Assembly (NCBI GenBank): GCA_951406725.2 | Contig: OX597816.1 | Coordinates: 126,232,001-126,296,000, forward strand | DNA length: 64,000 bases | From: Octopus vulgaris | Taxonomy: Eukaryota | Direction: 5' to 3' | Shown: one piece after another, positions 41,692-53,350 of the stretch | Layout of the letters: each line of letters opens with the position of its first letter | Numbering within the stretch: the stretch's first letter is position 1 | Program-made: the position numbers and the translations under genes | The notes under the pieces: generated by a model | What the model saw: only the letters and a program-made list of their open reading frames with translations | What the model was told of the DNA's origin: nothing | Databases searched by the model: none

Positions 41692-41975
41692 GAGGTAAAG
41701 GCATGTGATGTAATAGTGTTGTACTCATGATCACAAGATTGTGGTTTTGATTCCCAGACTGACAGTGTGTTGTGATTTTGAGCAAAACAGTTCATTTCAC
41801 ACTGCTCCAGTCTGCACAGCTGTAAATGTGTAATCCTTTGATAGATTGGTGTTCTGTTCAGGGAAAATGTTCACCTATCCAGTAGAGTGGTATCATTTGA
41901 AAATGCAACAATGTGAGGAAGTGCATTGTGACCAGTGGTGTATTACAACATCTGATAGTCCAGTCAATACAATAA
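41692..41975 (+). mobile_element. Decayed tRNA/CORE-type SINE
   Basis: B-box-like ggttttgattccc, then ttgagcaaaacagttcatttcacactgctccagtc. Confidence 0.55.
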
Positions 41976-42228
41976 TATATGTATTATATGAATATAAGTT
42001 AATTGAAATAAACATCAGAGTTGCTTTGCTCCATGCAGAAAATGTAGGAGCTACTCAGAAGTATTGCAAACTCTTTCGAATCCATTGCAATGCAGACACC
42101 CTTCTGTATCATCAACATACATCTTAGCAGTATTTCATCTACCGTTACATTCTGAATTCAGATTCTGCCAAAGTTGACTTTGCCTTTCTTCTTTTCGGAG
42201 TCAATTAAATAAGTACCAGTGTCAGGTA

Positions 42229-42665
42229 CTGGAAAAGTGGGGTACGATCAACAGTGCAAGATACAGTACTTTGCTGGCCAACAAACTGAAGCCAGCAATT
42301 CGCACCAAACATTGAAGTCTATTGTTGAAGAAAGGTTTGTTGTTGCATGACAATGCACACCCACACACAGCTGCCCAGACCATTGAAACCATTAACCAAT
42401 TGTGCTAAAAGCCTCCAATGAATTTCAGCACCTGGCACACCTCCCGACCAGAGAAATTGGATCACTGCTCTTTGTTCTTCTCTGGTGCACATTACTAGTG
42501 GAGTAGCCATGCTTACACTGTAATGCCAGAAACAAAATGGTATGATCAAGATCAAGCTCAAACTTCAATCAGGTACAATAGTACCAACTATAAGCAGAAG
42601 GCTGTGTAACAATAATAAACACATGTTATGACAAAAGTGCAGATAATCTTTGACTACCCCTCATA
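42229..42665. mobile_element. Rearranged mariner remnant (catalytic fragment on +, N-terminus and TIR on -)
   Basis: Plus strand TINSARYSTLLANKLKPAIR..LLLHDNAHPHTAAQT; minus strand MATPLVMCTREEQRAVIQFLWSGGVPGAEIHWRL; TIR ataatctttgactacccctcaTA. Confidence 0.85.
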
Positions 42666-42671
42666 TACATT

Positions 42672-42884
42672 ATTCTTTTATTTGTTCCAGTCAATTGACT
42701 ATGGCCATGTAGGAGCATGCCCTTGAAGGGTTTTAGTTAAATTGAACCCAGGACTTATTTATTAAAGACTAGTGCTTATTCTATGCATTTATTTTGCTGA
42801 ACTGCTAAGTTATACATAAACACACCAACACCAGTTGTGAAGTAGTGATGGAGAGGGGGGGACAAACACAGATACATAGACATG

Positions 42885-42918
<34 letters not shown>

Positions 42919-43062
42919 CACACACATCTATAATTATTCACAAAACGCTTCTTTCAGTTTCTGTCTATCAAATCCACTAACAAGTCTTTGGTTGGCCCAA
43001 GGCTATAGTAGAAAACACTTACCCTAGGTGCCATGCAGTGGGACTGGATCCAGAACCATGTG
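42672..43062 (-). mobile_element. SINE of the 23600 family, reverse orientation
   Basis: cttctttcagtttctgtctatcaaatccac...ggctatagtagaaaacacttaccctaggtgccatgcagtgggactg is the reverse complement of 23640-23750. Confidence 0.85.
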
Positions 43063-44324
43063 ACTCATTTTGACATCACATAACAGTTGTAAGCACACAT
43101 CACGATCAAACAAACAATGGCATTCACTTTCAATATTCCCTGAAATCATGTCCAGCTGAGTGAAAATATTATCTCACTTGAGAACAAGTGAGGATTAGCA
43201 TTAGGAAATATATCAAACCTTAGAAAATCTACCTCAGTAAATTTCATCTGATCAAGCTAACATGGAAATGTGGATGTTACAATGATGATGACGATATGAT
43301 ATATATGTATGTGTGTGTGTGTGTGTGTGTATGCTGGTATATTTATATATTTTTTAATTTCTATCTGTTTATATATCTCACACTTACGTGTGCATGTCTA
43401 TCTAAACATATACATATATATATATATATACTTGTGTATATGTCTGTATATAAGTATATATATATGAGTCTTTATATAATCACAAATACATACACACATT
43501 TTTATACATGTACAAACACACACACAAATATGCATATGTATGGGTGTGGTGGGGATGTATGCTTATATGTATGTATGAATGAGTGATTGGATTAGAAAGG
43601 GAGAGAGAGAGAGAGAGAGAGTGGGTGTGTGAGAGATTCTTATATTAATTCTCCTATAGGGTTTGAGAGTGTTCTTTAGTCTCTGAGACAGCAAGGCAAA
43701 CTATATAATGCTGCTGTCATGAAAAAATGCACATGGTACATCTGTAAAGTGGTCAGTGTTATGAAGGTCATCTAATCATGGAATTCGTGCTAAACAGAAT
43801 GTACTGGAGAAAAATGTGGTTCTCTGACCACTGAATCCTGTCAAGTAGTCTCACCAATGCCTGAATGGAAAGTAAATGCAAAATGATGAGGATGCTGCTG
43901 ATGATATGCACATACTCAGTGACACAAACAAACATGTGCCTATCAATATTCAAATAAAGTAAAGAGCTTCTATCATATCCAACTATTGCTTAATGTAAGC
44001 AGCAGAGCAAATATCTATGATCTTTAGTTACAGGAAATGAACTGGTTTATTGCACTAATTATTAATGCATATATATAAAACTTATTTTAAAAACTCTTCA
44101 CGAAAGACTCTTCAGTAGTTCAAATATTTTTGTATGTAGTATCATCAAATTACACACACATGCACGCACACATGCACACACATATTTAGACATATGTTCA
44201 TATGTATCCATACATGCACATGCATGCACACACAAAAACACACTATGTATGAGCTGTTTCTCTTTTCTGTTTTAAATAAATTGGAATTTGTTATGTCTAA
44301 TTTCACTTTATACAAATACACATA

Positions 44325-44366
<42 letters not shown>

Positions 44367-45869
44367 TGTACATAAACTTGTCTTCTAACATATCTCAGCA
44401 CTCAAGATATTTTCAGGATGTTTCATATTGTTCAGCTTTTTTATTTCTGTCATTATTATAAGCCATTATTATTTTTCATTTTTGTATCAAAAGTACTGTA
44501 ACACAAATACATACACTATATATATAAACATACATACACACACAGAAACACATATGTCTGTCTGTCTGTACGTATGTATGTATACCTCCATGTGAAAATA
44601 ATATTTGACTCTTTTGAATTACAAAAGATAAAACATTAAAAAAATATTTTGGTTTTTAAAAATATTATAACATAAACAAGAACTACCCAGCAGATATAAA
44701 TTCTTTTTAAATGAGTTCTTTAATTTCCTCAGACATATTACATTATTAAAAAGATGAAATTTTATATTAATCTTTATTATTGTTTTCTTTTATAGGTAAG
44801 TTTCCAATTTCTTTGAAAACAAAAAAAAAGGTAATGTATATTTCTATTATATAATACCATTATATTTTGATTTATATATTTAATGTAAAGAGAAAAACAT
44901 TTCGTTACTATTATTTCTGTTAGATGAAATAATGTGCCATAAGATATCAAAATAATATAATGGGTACAAGTATGGCTGTGTGTCTAAAACCTTCACTTTT
45001 TAACCGCTCAGCTCCAAGTTTGTTTTCACTAGGTGTCTTACAATAGCTTTGGGTTACCCAAAACCTTCGAGAGATTTTGGTACACAAATACTTCTCTGAA
45101 GCTAGATGTATTGTCATCATCACTATCATTGTTTAAGGTTTGTTTTTCATACTGACATAGGTTGGATAGCTTGAAAGAACCAACAAGCCAGAGGTCTGTG
45201 TTGAGTGTCAATGTTTGATTTGGCAATGTTTTTATAGCTGGGTGCTGTTCCTAACACCAACTATTTCATAGAGTATGCTAGGTGCTGATTTTGTGGCATT
45301 GCAACTTGTGAGGCCACCTAGTGAATCATATAAAACAAAGTTCCTCAACTGAATGGAGGTGTAATATTGTCAAATGTGAAGTGTGTGCATGTGTGTGTGT
45401 GTGTGTGTACATATATATCATCATCATTATTATCACGATATATGTCATTTGGTTTTATATCGGTCTTTGTTTTCCATATTAGCATGGAAGAGAAAATGTA
45501 TTATACAGACATTGTTTTTTTACAGCTGGATGATCTTGCTACTGCTAAATCTCAAGTATCTGTTATTTCACATCTTCAATGGCACAAAGTTGATGATTTG
45601 TTGTCAGATGAAATGAGAACACTTGTTAGTGCATGATACTAAGAGGATATATTAACAAAGACATAGACACCCACAGGTGTATACATACAATAAGCTCCTT
45701 TTAGTTCCCAGTTATCAAATGTACTTACAAGGCTTTAATAGATGTTGGGCAGTGAATTTTATAAACTTACAGCTATGCTTGTGATATATGTACACACACA
45801 CACACACATTTATCATTTATGTGTATATATGTGTGTGTATATATATATGTATGTATAAAGAAATGTATC

Positions 45870-45916
<47 letters not shown>

Positions 45917-46397
45917 CACACATACATATATATACATATTATATCTCTTATTATAAAATTTATATAATATATCTCTTATTATAAAAGGCAGATTTTATCT
46001 GCCTCCCTTTGTCTCTTATAGAAATCTACAATATAGGATTTCTTCAATTACAATTTACCTAGCATTTTAAAGAGTAGAATGCATCGGGTCGTGCCAGGTC
46101 CAGTTTTTAAAATTTCAACCCCAATTAAGCAAAATTTAGAGAAAACTCACATTGTGGTGTCTAAGTCAAGTACTTTTCTTAGCGTGGGCTACAGCACACA
46201 CACACGCACACACACACAAACGGAGCGAACTGTTTCACTGACGCTATCACCCTAATTTCTCCTCCTTTGTCTTTGCAAATGTGCAACGATTAAAGTGAAA
46301 GTAATTCACTTTTTGTAGTGAGTGACTCTTTCACTCTGCATTCCCACTTCCTCTTTACACACATAGACACGCAAATATATAAATAAAATTGTAAGCT

Positions 46398-46444
<47 letters not shown>

Positions 46445-46542
46445 GTGTGTGTGTGAGGGTGCGTGTGTGTATGTGTGCGTGTGTGTGAGTGTGTGTGCGT
46501 GTGTGTGTGTGTGAGGGTGCGTGTGTGTGAGTGTGTGACAGG

Positions 46543-46895
46543 AAAGTTTTTTAGGATGAATATAAGATCTAAAGTATATACAAGTTGCACAAAGATCGTC
46601 CAAAAGTGTATATAGATATATAAATGTATTTATATATTCATCTATGCACACATGTATGTATAACGTGTGTGTATATATTTCCATAGAGGTAACCATTCAC
46701 TCTATACAAAGTTTTTTAGGACGAAAATAAGATCTAAAGTTATCTCTAAGAAACAGAAAGATCGCCCAAAAGTGTATATAGATATTTAAATGTATTTATA
46801 TATTCATCTATACACACATGTATGTATAATGTGCGTGTATATATTTCCATAGAGGTAACCATTCAATCCATACAAAGTTTTTTAGGACGAAAATA
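46543..46895. repeat. ~165-bp tandem repeat (about 2.1 copies) inside the Helitron
   Basis: aaagttttttagga..aa recurs at 46543, 46708 and 46874. Confidence 0.9.
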
Positions 46896-47141
46896 TTTAT
46901 ATATAAAAGAAAGGTTGTGTGTCTGTCTACTCCGATTTAGATTCCTAACTACTCCCACATTTTGCGATGCAGTTTAACCAAAACTGGGTATCTTATAGTC
47001 GTGATTCATATCGAGCCCTTCTGGGTATTAGCGCGCCTCTACGATGAGTCTATGATTTTACAAATAATTTACCATCATTTTTTTCCATTTTAATGCATAT
47101 TTTTTAAATAAAGGGAAGTAACTCTCAAACTTCACACCAAT

Positions 47142-47663
47142 ATGCGTGCTCATATACGACGTAATATCATATCAGCAGCATTTCCTCACACCCTCCTTGC
47201 ACTTGGCGAAGGCAAAATACCAGGGGATGAAAATGGTAATATTGCCATCGATTCCATTTGTACCATTGTTAAGACGCCTTCTGATTTCAGAGATGCAGTG
47301 TTCCCAGATCTACAAGCTAATTATCAGAATATGGATTGGATTGGCAAAAAGGCTATACTGGCCCCGAGGAATAAAACTGTTCACCATATTAATGATGAAA
47401 TGCTAAAACTCATTCCTGGGGAAGTCTATGTATATCAGTCTATCGATACAACTCCTGACCCAGAGGACGTCATCAACTATCCAATAGAGGTACTCAATTC
47501 CTTTGAGCACCCCGGACTACCACCACACTTTCTCAAACATAAAGTTGGTGCCCCTATAATGCTCATCAGAAATTTGGTTCCCCTAAAACAATGCAATGGC
47601 ACACGTTTGATCGTTAAGTCCTTATCTCCCACCGTAAACTTATATCAATATTTGCCTGAATAA
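47142..47663 (+). pseudogene. Helitron PIF1-like helicase fragment (C-terminal motifs only)
   Basis: AILAPRN..V..IN, NYPIEVLNS..PGLPPH.L..KVGAPIMLIRNL...CNGTRLIV; lacks the Walker A/B motifs and the Rep domain. Confidence 0.9.
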
Positions 47664-48022
47664 TCATCATAATTCAGTGCAATCATTAACAGTACTTTCA
47701 AGCAATTCAGCCCCGAGCAACGCCGGGCAATTCTGCTAGTGCTTAAATATTGATATTATATATATTTTACATATGCAATGTTTATTTATGACTTGATTTC
47801 TTAACCATACACACATACAGTCATTTATGCATTTGTTTTGCAAGATTCCTGATATGAAATCTTGCATTGATAATGTTATATTTAAGGATGGTCATTTTGA
47901 TATGTTTTTTTGTTGCCAGATAATAACGTGTATATATATATATATATACACATTTATTAATATATATATATGCATGCTATAGTGATGTTTTTGTTTTAGC
48001 AAAAAAACAATTCTAAGAATAG

Positions 48023-48756
48023 TATTAAATTGTCCGGTTTTCCAAAACATTTTTTCAAATTCAATTTAAAATTTTATTTTTGTAATGCTTTAAACAAAAT
48101 TTTACATGCTAAATAATTGCTGTGTATTCTTCAATAAATTTGTATTGCTTTCAGAATATATTTTTGAAGCATAAAATCCTTAATTTCAAACATGAAAAAA
48201 AGAAAAATTGTGTTTACTTTTTTGCATGAATTCAACCTTGGACATAAAGCGTCCCAAACAGCTGCCAATATCAACAGAGTAAGAGGATGAAGAGTCCACT
48301 AGTAATTGGACAGTAAAACGGTGGTTTGAGAGATTTCGTAGTAGGGATGAGAGCTTTGAAGATCACGAAGTTAGAGGGCATCCATCCACCCTTAATGATC
48401 TACATTTGAAAACAATGCAGCTTTCTGGAACCTAACCAGAACATTACATCAAAAGTTTACTGTAAACAACTGAAAGAAATACATGTTCACTTGAGCAAAA
48501 TGAGACCTGCATTTGTTAATTGATGTAATCCAATTCTGTTCCACGACAATGCTCAACCATAACCTTTGGATTTTCATCAAAGAGGCATAAATGACCTTGT
48601 TAATCAATGGAATAGCATAGCTATTCAGTTAATCAATGGAATAGCATAGCTATTCAGGGATCATATTATGAATAATTAAACCTTGGTATAAGTTCAGTTT
48701 TTCAAGAATATAGGCTTATTTTTAAAATCAGCTGTTATTTTCTGAACAACCTAATA
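48023..48756 (+). mobile_element. Internally deleted mariner element
   Basis: HEFNLGHKASQTAANINR, WTVKRWFERFRSRDESFED..RGHP, PILFHDNAQP; termini TAttaaattgtcc ... gaacaacctaaTA. Confidence 0.85.
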
Positions 48757-50985
48757 ACTGGGTATTTTCTGTTAATGTAGTGTTTTACTGGTAGTGGAGT
48801 CAAACTTATTGTGAAGATCAAGTTCAATGGAACTACACAGTACTGGAACTACACAGTACAAGCAATGTAGAAATCTTTTGTGTCCCTTGTTTTCATATGA
48901 GTTGGTAAGCTTCAGCCAAATAAAGGATTGTGCAAAATGTATTCTACAATTCGTTAAGAATATCAATGAAGGGAAACTGTTTCATGTTTCCCAAGGTAGT
49001 AAATTAAGCAAATGTTTAAAGGTCAGTAAAATGTTAAAAGGTCAAGATGTAGATTAAGTAGATAGATAAGGATGAGGATTTGTTGAAGGGGAGGTTAAAA
49101 TGTGATGGAAGAAAAGGCAAGACAAAACAATAAGAACATGCTAAGTACAATAGCTTAGTAAGTTCATGTTACTTTGTGAATAGACTAACTTTTACAATGT
49201 TTTTATTCTAAATAGTTGGTGTAATTTGGGAATTTATGAAAGAAACATTTAACTTTCTCAGTATGTGTATGTGTGTGTGTGTGGGGGGCGTGTGTGTGTG
49301 TGTGTGAACTATTTCTAATATAGTTGTGTGTAGATGTCTGTGGGAATAGGATATCTAAAAGACTATACTTTTCAATTTACCTTTGCAACTTCATTTGTGG
49401 TTTTTATAAATTTGTTAATTAACTATCAGAATCATAAATTACTTATAATTTCATTTATATGCCATATATTTTATTCTGTGAGACCACTCTCGATACAATA
49501 TTATGAAATATAAACTATTAAAAAATAACTTTTAATGTATGTGATGAAAAGATGCAGCTTTTCTAATTTCCGTCTCTTGGATTCAGATGAATATCAATGT
49601 TGTGAAGAGTGTTCTATGTAAAAGAAATAAAATGTTTTATTAAATTTGGGCCATGGTTTGAAATATACAGGGTGGAATGAAGAGTTTTTTTCTTGTGAAA
49701 GTCATATGCAATAAAAAAAAAGCGGTATGTGAATGGAAAATATTGGGTAATCTTAGAAAGTAGTTATAAAGTTAATCATACTCCATAATGAAGAGAATTA
49801 TCATTGTAAAAAAAAAAATTTTAATGAGTATATTTAGTAACATAGGATAATTCAGTATTTGATAACGAAGCAGGAAAAGAGCCAAAAATTAATTTGCTCA
49901 AAATAGCAAGCAAATGTCAAGTTCCATTCTTAAATTCCTTATAAACTAAACATATAATTGGCTTTAGATTAAAGTACTACTTGCAGTTAATTATACAGAA
50001 TTCCAATATTTAATAATTGTATGATTTTCTTACTTCTTGAATTACTATATGAAGAGAAGCAAATGTTAAGTTCAATATGTTATGCAGAAAATCTAAAAGT
50101 TATGTAAATGAAAATACAGTGATTTTCGAATTTGTGCAATATCTACTTAATACGTTTTCATGGGTACTTGCTAAATAGTCTGATGCTTTAGTAACAAGCA
50201 GATTTTCAACAAAGTGGTGTCATGAATACTTTTCTTTTGAACTATATAATGTTCCTATACAATACTTCCAAGAAAATTATGGGGGTTTCTATTTTTATTA
50301 TTAATACCTAATACCATTTACTTTGTGCTTAAATAAAAAGGAAAAAGTAAAAAGTTCATGTCTGAAAAAGTACAAAGCAAAATTTACCTTTTATTTCAAA
50401 CATTTTATTGAAGTTTCCATGATGTAAGCTTTTCACAGGATGTACCTTAACATAAGCAATTCGTCTGTATTCTCTTTCAGTTCAAAGATTGTGTTTCAAC
50501 TCATAAATTTAAACCAATCATTTTGCATATATGAAATTTCTATGCAATGAAAATCACTGTAATCTTTTCTTCTTTCTGGTTGAATTAAGCAAAAGGAAAA
50601 TAAGTATTATACTGTAATATTCATATTCGTGCCCTAGCAAAGAATTCTTTTGGCATCAAATATCTCAAAATCCTGTAGTTTACATAACGCAATAAGAAAA
50701 CATGAATGTGGATCAGATGAGCAGAAATTAAAAGTTTAACCAATCAACATAAGCTATACTGTTTATATAATGATAGCTTTCTTATATAAGCACAAGGAAA
50801 AAACCTATTCACTATATAAAATGTTGAAAATAGCTTACACATTTAGCAGATGAACATTATATGAATTTAAATTAATGAAACATTTATTTTTAACAATATT
50901 TATTTTTGTAATTTTCTGAATATAATTGCAAATTATTTACATTATTTACATTTGACAGATATTTGTCATCATTTTGTTTGTTGTT

Positions 50986-51031
50986 AACACAACGTTTCAG
51001 CTGATATACCCTCCAGCCTTCATCAGGTGTC
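50986..51031 (-). ncRNA. Minimal type I hammerhead ribozyme motif (core intact)
   Basis: Minus RNA GACAC-CUGAUGA-A-GGCUG-gaggguauau-CAGCU-GAAA-CG-UU-GUGUU: stem I GACAC/GUGUU, stem II GGCUG/CAGCU, palindromic ACGU in place of stem III. Confidence 0.75.
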
Positions 51032-51315
51032 TTGGAAAAATTTTGAACCTGAGTTCTCATTCCTAAGGTATTTTTCGACGTTGCTGTTATTATTATTATT
51101 ATTATTATTCAGGTCATTACCTGGAATCAAACTCGGAATCTTGGGGTTAGCAGCCCGCACACTTAACCACTACACCATATGGCATAGTGGTTAAGAGCAT
51201 GTGCTGCTAACCCCAAGATTCTGAGTTTAATTCCAGGCAGTGACCTGAATAATAATAATAATAACAGCATGAAAAATACCTTAGGAATGATAACCCAAGT
51301 TCGAAATTTCCCCAA

Positions 51316-51361
51316 GACACCTGATGAAGGCCGGAGGGTATATCAGCCAAAACATTGTGTT
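51316..51361 (+). ncRNA. Hammerhead ribozyme motif, core mutated (GAAACG to AAAACA)
   Basis: gacac-ctgatga-a-ggccggagggtatatcagcc-aaaacatt-gtgtt; both changes are CpG-to-CpA transitions. Confidence 0.6.
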
Positions 51362-52059
51362 AACAACAAACAAGATGAGGACAAATATCCATCAAATGTA
51401 AATAATGAACATAATTCCTCATCTGTTAGATATAGAACTGTATAATTGCAAATATTATGACATAATAAGATGCCTGCCATCCCTTAGTTATAACCTAGAT
51501 ATTTATTGGTTTGCAACAATATGAAAATAATATTACAATGCAAATGTAAGAAGGATTTTTCATCAATTTATCTCTCCTTAGATCACAGTTCATGCAGCTG
51601 CAGTTTTAGAATATAATACAAGAATCTGTTGGAGCTACCGGCTTAATGGTATCAAAATTTATGTGTCCAAAACAATATATTCTGTGACGCTTCTTAACAT
51701 AAATATTGCTATTAAACTCCATCAATCTATTAATCAGCTTCCCTCTCAATCAACATTCATCATTCTACACCATGCTCCAGTCACCATTCCAAATAATTTA
51801 CTACTCCCAGACACTGAAAATTCTAATTTAGGAATGATTTAAGTCTTATTCCACTCAGCAACTAACTAAGCAAATTAAATCTGTGAACTAATGTGTGTTT
51901 CTTTTGTCAAACTCATTTGAGGGGTTTTCAATGAGCAGAGTTTGGTACACTGAAAGCTTCACTGAGCTTCAACTGTACAGCTGTACATGGACACCCACCA
52001 GACATGGGATAGTTCAATTTCAGTAACCTGCCCATGAATATAAGTGTTACTCCTGCTTG

Positions 52060-52380
52060 GATTCATTTAATTTAAAAAGGAAACTTATCAAGTGTCTAAA
52101 TACCACTCCACAGAAACTGCATGTACTTCATCACCACAAAAATAATCAAACCAGTTGACAAAAGTGGGGTTATTGTTTGACAAATTGACATCTACTGGGA
52201 GGATACTCACTAGCATATCGAGAATATAAACTTCTTTCACAAGTTGCCCACCTATTGCACACTCCAGAACCAAAACATTTAACCCACACTATTAAGGCAC
52301 TAATCTCTTTATCAGCATGGCTTCCCACTGCCATTAGCGTAATCCACAGCATACATTACACTTCTATTATCTGTTTTCTT
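52060..52380 (+). mobile_element. Penelope-like RT N-terminal remnant
   Basis: IIKPVDKSGVIV (cf. IIKPADKGGAVV), NFFHKL, LTHTIKALIS..LPTA. Confidence 0.6.
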
Positions 52381-52734
52381 CCTAAGCTGTGCTATCCTGG
52401 CTATCATTCACTTGTCTCTGCCTATAGCATTAGTTAGTTAATTTAACTAATTAAGCTGCATAACTAACTGTTAAATGAAAAGAAAAATTTGAAGATGTAC
52501 CAGTTTCCATATTCTTTGTAATTGTTTTGGATTTACTCTCATGAAAATATTCATAGCTCAGAATGCAAACCCAGATTTACCCATCAGAAGAATTATAGTG
52601 GTATTGTTTACCCTAAATGATCATTGATGTTTCTTACTACTTGATGTAGTTTGCTGGAACTTGGAATATACCTGAGAGCTGTTGTGGTATCTACCTGGAT
52701 AATTTATCCCTATATACTCATATATATGTATATG

Positions 52735-52779
<45 letters not shown>

Positions 52780-52780
<1 letters not shown>

Positions 52781-53350
52781 CTGCTGTCACACTCAAATTC
52801 AGTTTGTGATACTCTGTGGTCCTGCATATCACCCACCAGATGCTCCAAATCATGGGGGGACTTACTTGAAGAAAGTCTCAAAAAGGAGGAAGAAATATTG
52901 ACCAACCTTGATGGCAGCTTTTACATAATTCTAGGAGACATCAATCTCCTTAATGTATGGCCTGAGAGCTACCTTCTCTCAGGTATGTCACTGTATGAAC
53001 AGAGGCAAGCAGAGCCTCTGCTCAAACTCACAAACATTGCTCTTTATGGAGCAAATAGTGCTCTGCCCAACAAGGAGTAAAAATGTCACAGACCTCTGCT
53101 TCACAAATAATATGGCACTCATCCATAATGTTAAGGTAACACTAACGATTTTCTCAGATCATAACTTAATAGAACTAACAAGGTATGGTCTGCAGAGAGC
53201 TGCAGACAAGCACCCAACTCCTTTCCAGCCTGAACTTTTATAAAGCTGATTTGAAGGGTATTCAGAAAGAGGTCATGGAACACAACTAGTCAATCAGTTG
53301 CTCTACACAAGATATTAACATAAAGCTACTAAATTTTATGACAATTATGC
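52780..53350 (+). mobile_element. CR1/L2-like LINE APE endonuclease remnant
   Basis: YHPPD, IILGDINL (GDFNL), PTRSKNVTDLCFTNN, FSDHNLI. Confidence 0.8.

Larger units (their letters stand above)
45972..47739 (+). mobile_element. Non-autonomous composite Helitron
   Basis: A|TC 5' end (tctcttattataaaaggcag); 3' GC-rich hairpin ccccgagcaacgccggg at ~47711-47727 followed by CTAG|T at 47736-47740; internal helicase fragment. Confidence 0.85.
50934..51440. mobile_element. Palindromic (head-to-head) tRNA-headed SINE with Penelope-type hammerhead tail; 13-bp TSD
   Basis: TATAATTGCAAAT at 50921-50933 and 51441-51453; ~240-bp arms meet at ccat|atgg (51178/51179); A box ggcatagtgg and B box gagtttaattcc (gagtttgattcc in the left arm). 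Confidence 0.88.

Noticed and set aside
43296-46696. HT/CV/YI-rich ORFs
   Set aside because: Translations of CA/TG/TA microsatellites.
47142-47663. Host PIF1 helicase gene
   Set aside because: Intronless partial domain bounded by Helitron termini.
48600-48657. 29-bp tandem duplication
   Set aside because: Ordinary slippage duplication inside a dead mariner.
51181-51245. Genuine tRNA gene
   Set aside because: No complete acceptor stem, degenerate T loop, and embedded in a TSD-flanked repeat; it is a SINE head.
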